In this document: one piece after another, positions 6,514-8,764 of the stretch | Layout: each line of letters begins with the position of its first letter | Numbering within the stretch: the stretch's first letter is position 1 | DNA from: a virus | Taxonomy: Duplodnaviria > Heunggongvirae > Uroviricota > Caudoviricetes | IMG/VR virus record: IMGVR_UViG_2534681663_000019 | Reading direction: 5' to 3' (one strand) | Length of the DNA: 8,764 nt | Notes under the pieces: generated by a model | Told to the model about the DNA's origin: nothing | Database searches by the model: none | Seen by the model: only the letters and a program-made list of their open reading frames with translations | Translations under genes and position numbers: made by a program

Positions 6514-6604
6514 GTTTTGATTTTAAAACACAGATGGTTTTGTTTCTTGACTTTCTTTGGTTTTGATTATTAAACTTTTGACGTTCAGTTTTATGGAGCG
6601 ACTC
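6514..6604. promoter_or_regulatory. Divergent immunity control region (PRM-like and PR-like promoters with repeated operator half-sites)
   Basis: 91-bp AT-rich spacer between the divergent repressor and Cro-like genes. GTTTTGATT-type repeats occur at 6514-6522, 6535-6543 and 6560-6569. A PR-like -35 TTGACT sits at 6547-6552 with possible -10 TATTAA at 6568-6573. On the minus strand TAAAAT lies about 7 nt before the repressor ATG. Confidence 0.5.
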
Positions 6605-6847
6605 ATGAAAAAATCAGAAGTATTAGGCTATTTTGGCGGAGTTGTTAAAACAGCCGCAGCTCTAGGAACGTCAAAAACCACAGTCAGCATGTGGGGGGAA
6701 GAGGTTCCGTGGAAATGGGCGTTGCTAATTCAGGCAGTCACTGCCGGGGCGCTCAAATATGAGTTACACATACCGACGGTTGTCATTCCCGGTTCTGATC
6801 ATAATCCGCCTTCTAACCAAGGGGGGATTCATGAAAATCAAGCATGA
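6605..6847 (+). CDS. cro: Cro-like / YdaS-like HTH regulator (80 aa)
   Basis: ATG at 6605 with GGAG 5 nt upstream. HTH (VVKTAAALGTSKTTVSMWG) resembles the Cro/YdaS family. Divergent from the repressor. Its 3' end overlaps the next gene by 17 nt. Confidence 0.75.
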   Translation: MKKSEVLGYFGGVVKTAAALGTSKTTVSMWGEEVPWKWALLIQAVTAGALKYELHIPTVVIPGSDHNPPSNQGGIHENQA

Positions 6848-7256
6848 ACACATCCGCATGGCGATGAATGCCTGGGCGCATCCGGACGGCGAAAAAGTAC
6901 CGGCTGCGAAAATTACCAAAGCGTATTTCGAGCTGGGAATGACGTTCCCGGAACTGTATGACGACAGCCATCCGGAAGCCCTGGCTCGCAATACCCAGAA
7001 AATTTTCCGCTGGGTGGAGAAAGACACCCCTGATGCAGTTGAAAAAATTCAGGCGTTGTTACCAGCGATCGAAAAGGCAATGCCACCTTTGCTGGTGGCC
7101 AGAATGCGCAGCCACAGTTCAGCTTATTTTCGGGAGTTGGTGGAGACGCGGGAGCGACTGGTGAGAGACGCTGATGATTTTGTCGCAGTGGCAATCGCCG
7201 GTTTCAATCAGATGAACCGTGGTGGCCCGGCAGGAAATGTTGTGGCAGTACATTGA
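6831..7256 (+). CDS. CII-like regulator, YdaT family (141 aa)
   Basis: ATG at 6831 preceded by GGGGGG. The N-terminus MKIKHEHI... is reminiscent of Rac YdaT (recollection). Position immediately after cro corresponds to cII in lambdoid phages. Confidence 0.6.
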   Translation: MKIKHEHIRMAMNAWAHPDGEKVPAAKITKAYFELGMTFPELYDDSHPEALARNTQKIFRWVEKDTPDAVEKIQALLPAIEKAMPPLLVARMRSHSSAYFRELVETRERLVRDADDFVAVAIAGFNQMNRGGPAGNVVAVH

Positions 7257-7327
7257 CTGACAATAGCCATATCGAATCGCTTCCGGCAACTCGTGAGTAA
7301 AAAGATTCGGTATCAGAAGAGGTGAGT

Positions 7328-8398
7328 ATGGCTAACGCCTGGCTCAGATTATGGCATGACATGCCAAATGACCCTAAGTGGCGAACAATTGCCAGGGTGT
7401 CAGGGCAGCCAATTGCAACAGTGATGGCAGTGTATATCCACCTCCTGGTGAGCGCGTCACGAAATGTCACGCGAGGTCACATTGAGGTCACGACAGAAGA
7501 TTTGGCAAGTGCGCTCGACGTGACAGAAGAGGTAATTGATTCAATTTTGCAGACGATGCAGGGGCGGGTACTTGATGGTGATTTAATCACTGGATGGGAA
7601 AAACGCCAGGTGCTTAAAGAGGACAACGGCAATATTTCGCAAACCGCAAAATCTCCTGCAGAGCGCAAGAGGGCGCAGCGAGAGAGGGAAAGAAAGCGGG
7701 AACAAAATGGCGATTGTCACGGCGCGTCACGAAATGTCACGCATATGTCACGACGAGTCACGACAGATAAAGATACAGATAAAGATACAGATCAAGAAGA
7801 TCAAAACACTATGGTCCATGGCGTAAAAAACGCCACGAACCAGGCAGGGGATGTTCAGACCGTCACTCCTGGCCAGCCCGCAGGCACGACACCGGAAGCC
7901 GATTCAGCGTATGCGCTGAAAGCCGATTCGGGCGCTGTGCAGCAGGTGATGACCGCAAGGCAGGAGCAATCACACCAACTTCAGCAGCCTGAAGCCGATT
8001 CCGCCATTCAGCGGGAAGCCGATCGGGTAGTCCCGGAAAACACCGGGCAGTCTGTGGGACGAGTGGATTATCCGGATGTGTTCGAACAGGTCTGGCGGGA
8101 GTACCCGTTGCGTGCTGGGGCAAACCCGAAGAAATCCGCTTTCAGTGCCTGGAAGGCCAGATTACGCGAGGGGGTGCCACCAGAGGCCATGCTGGATGGC
8201 GTGAGGCGTTACGCAAGATACCTTGCGGCTACCGGGAAAACGGGAACGGAATTTGTTCAGCGAGCGACGACGTTTTTTGGACCGGACCGGAATTTTGAGA
8301 ACCCCTGGTTGCTCCCGGTAAGCGGCACGAACAACCAGCGTTGTGTGAATCATATTTCTGAACCGGATAACGAAATTCCGCCGGGCTTCAGGGGGTAA
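7328..8398 (+). CDS. Replication initiator / replisome organiser (O-like, 356 aa) with the origin iterons inside the gene
   Basis: ATG at 7328 preceded by GAGGTG. Its place after cro and the cII-like gene matches lambda O. The N-terminal region (ANAWLRLWHDMPNDPKWRTIA...) resembles phage replisome-organiser N-domains, and the C-terminal domain (VDYPDVFEQVWREYPLRAGANPKKSAFSAWKARLREG...) looks like a conserved interaction module. Two iteron clusters plus an AT-rich tract lie inside the ORF. Confidence 0.8.
   Translation: MANAWLRLWHDMPNDPKWRTIARVSGQPIATVMAVYIHLLVSASRNVTRGHIEVTTEDLASALDVTEEVIDSILQTMQGRVLDGDLITGWEKRQVLKEDNGNISQTAKSPAERKRAQRERERKREQNGDCHGASRNVTHMSRRVTTDKDTDKDTDQEDQNTMVHGVKNATNQAGDVQTVTPGQPAGTTPEADSAYALKADSGAVQQVMTARQEQSHQLQQPEADSAIQREADRVVPENTGQSVGRVDYPDVFEQVWREYPLRAGANPKKSAFSAWKARLREGVPPEAMLDGVRRYARYLAATGKTGTEFVQRATTFFGPDRNFENPWLLPVSGTNNQRCVNHISEPDNEIPPGFRG
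7452..7492 (+). repeat. Iteron cluster 1: four GTCAC(G/A) repeats phased at 10, 10, 11 bp
   Basis: GTCACG at 7456, 7466 and 7487, GTCACA at 7476. The 21-bp string GCGCGTCACGAAATGTCACGC (7452-7472) is repeated exactly at 7722-7742. Confidence 0.7.
7712..7812 (+). repeat. Iteron cluster 2 (five GTCACG repeats phased 10, 10, 11, 10 bp) plus adjacent AT-rich tandem repeat; probable replication origin
   Basis: GTCACG at 7716, 7726, 7736, 7747 and 7757, followed by the tandem 12-mer GATAAAGATACA x2 (7766-7789) and GATCAAGAAGATCAAAAC. Iterons followed by an AT-rich unwinding region is the lambda ori layout. Confidence 0.7.
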
Positions 8399-8423
8399 GT
8401 GTTAATTTCTGGTCATGAGGTAA

Positions 8424-8764
<341 letters not shown>

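Noticed and set aside
6764-7470. Minus-strand ORFs (87, 93 and 88 aa) and a 68-aa plus-strand ORF across the cII-like gene and the start of the initiator gene
   Set aside because: They overlap better-supported plus-strand genes that have SD sequences and family-like N-termini. No independent support.
7863-8353. Minus-strand ORFs of 86 and 63 aa inside the initiator gene
   Set aside because: Antisense to the initiator's conserved C-terminal domain, Pro/Arg-rich, no SD.

Overview
The window reads as the left arm, immunity region and start of the replication module of a lambdoid (Qin/Rac-like) enterobacterial prophage, ending in the left end of an IS21-family insertion sequence. On the minus strand, from high to low coordinates, lies a leftward early operon: an SOS-type cI-like repressor (HTH plus S24 peptidase), a pL-like promoter, a short stretch with ambiguous gene models, ydfC, about 340 nt of structured non-coding RNA, the sRNA dicF, the translationally coupled pair dicB-ydfD, an 823-aa exonuclease, xis and a lambda-family integrase. 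Diverging on the plus strand are a Cro-like repressor, a CII/YdaT-like regulator and an O-like replication initiator that carries nine phased GTCACG iterons and an AT-rich tract inside its coding sequence. The next gene is cut short after about 20-38 codons by an IS21-family element whose istA start is intact. Names for dicF, dicB, ydfD, ydfC and the RecE-like segment rest on my recollection of the E. coli K-12 sequences and were not confirmed by any search. The most uncertain and most interesting spots are the overlapping plus/minus gene models at 5222-5578 (a CPxCG zinc-ribbon ORF antisense to the operon), the structured RNA upstream of dicF, the exonuclease domain chimera, and the intragenic origin.
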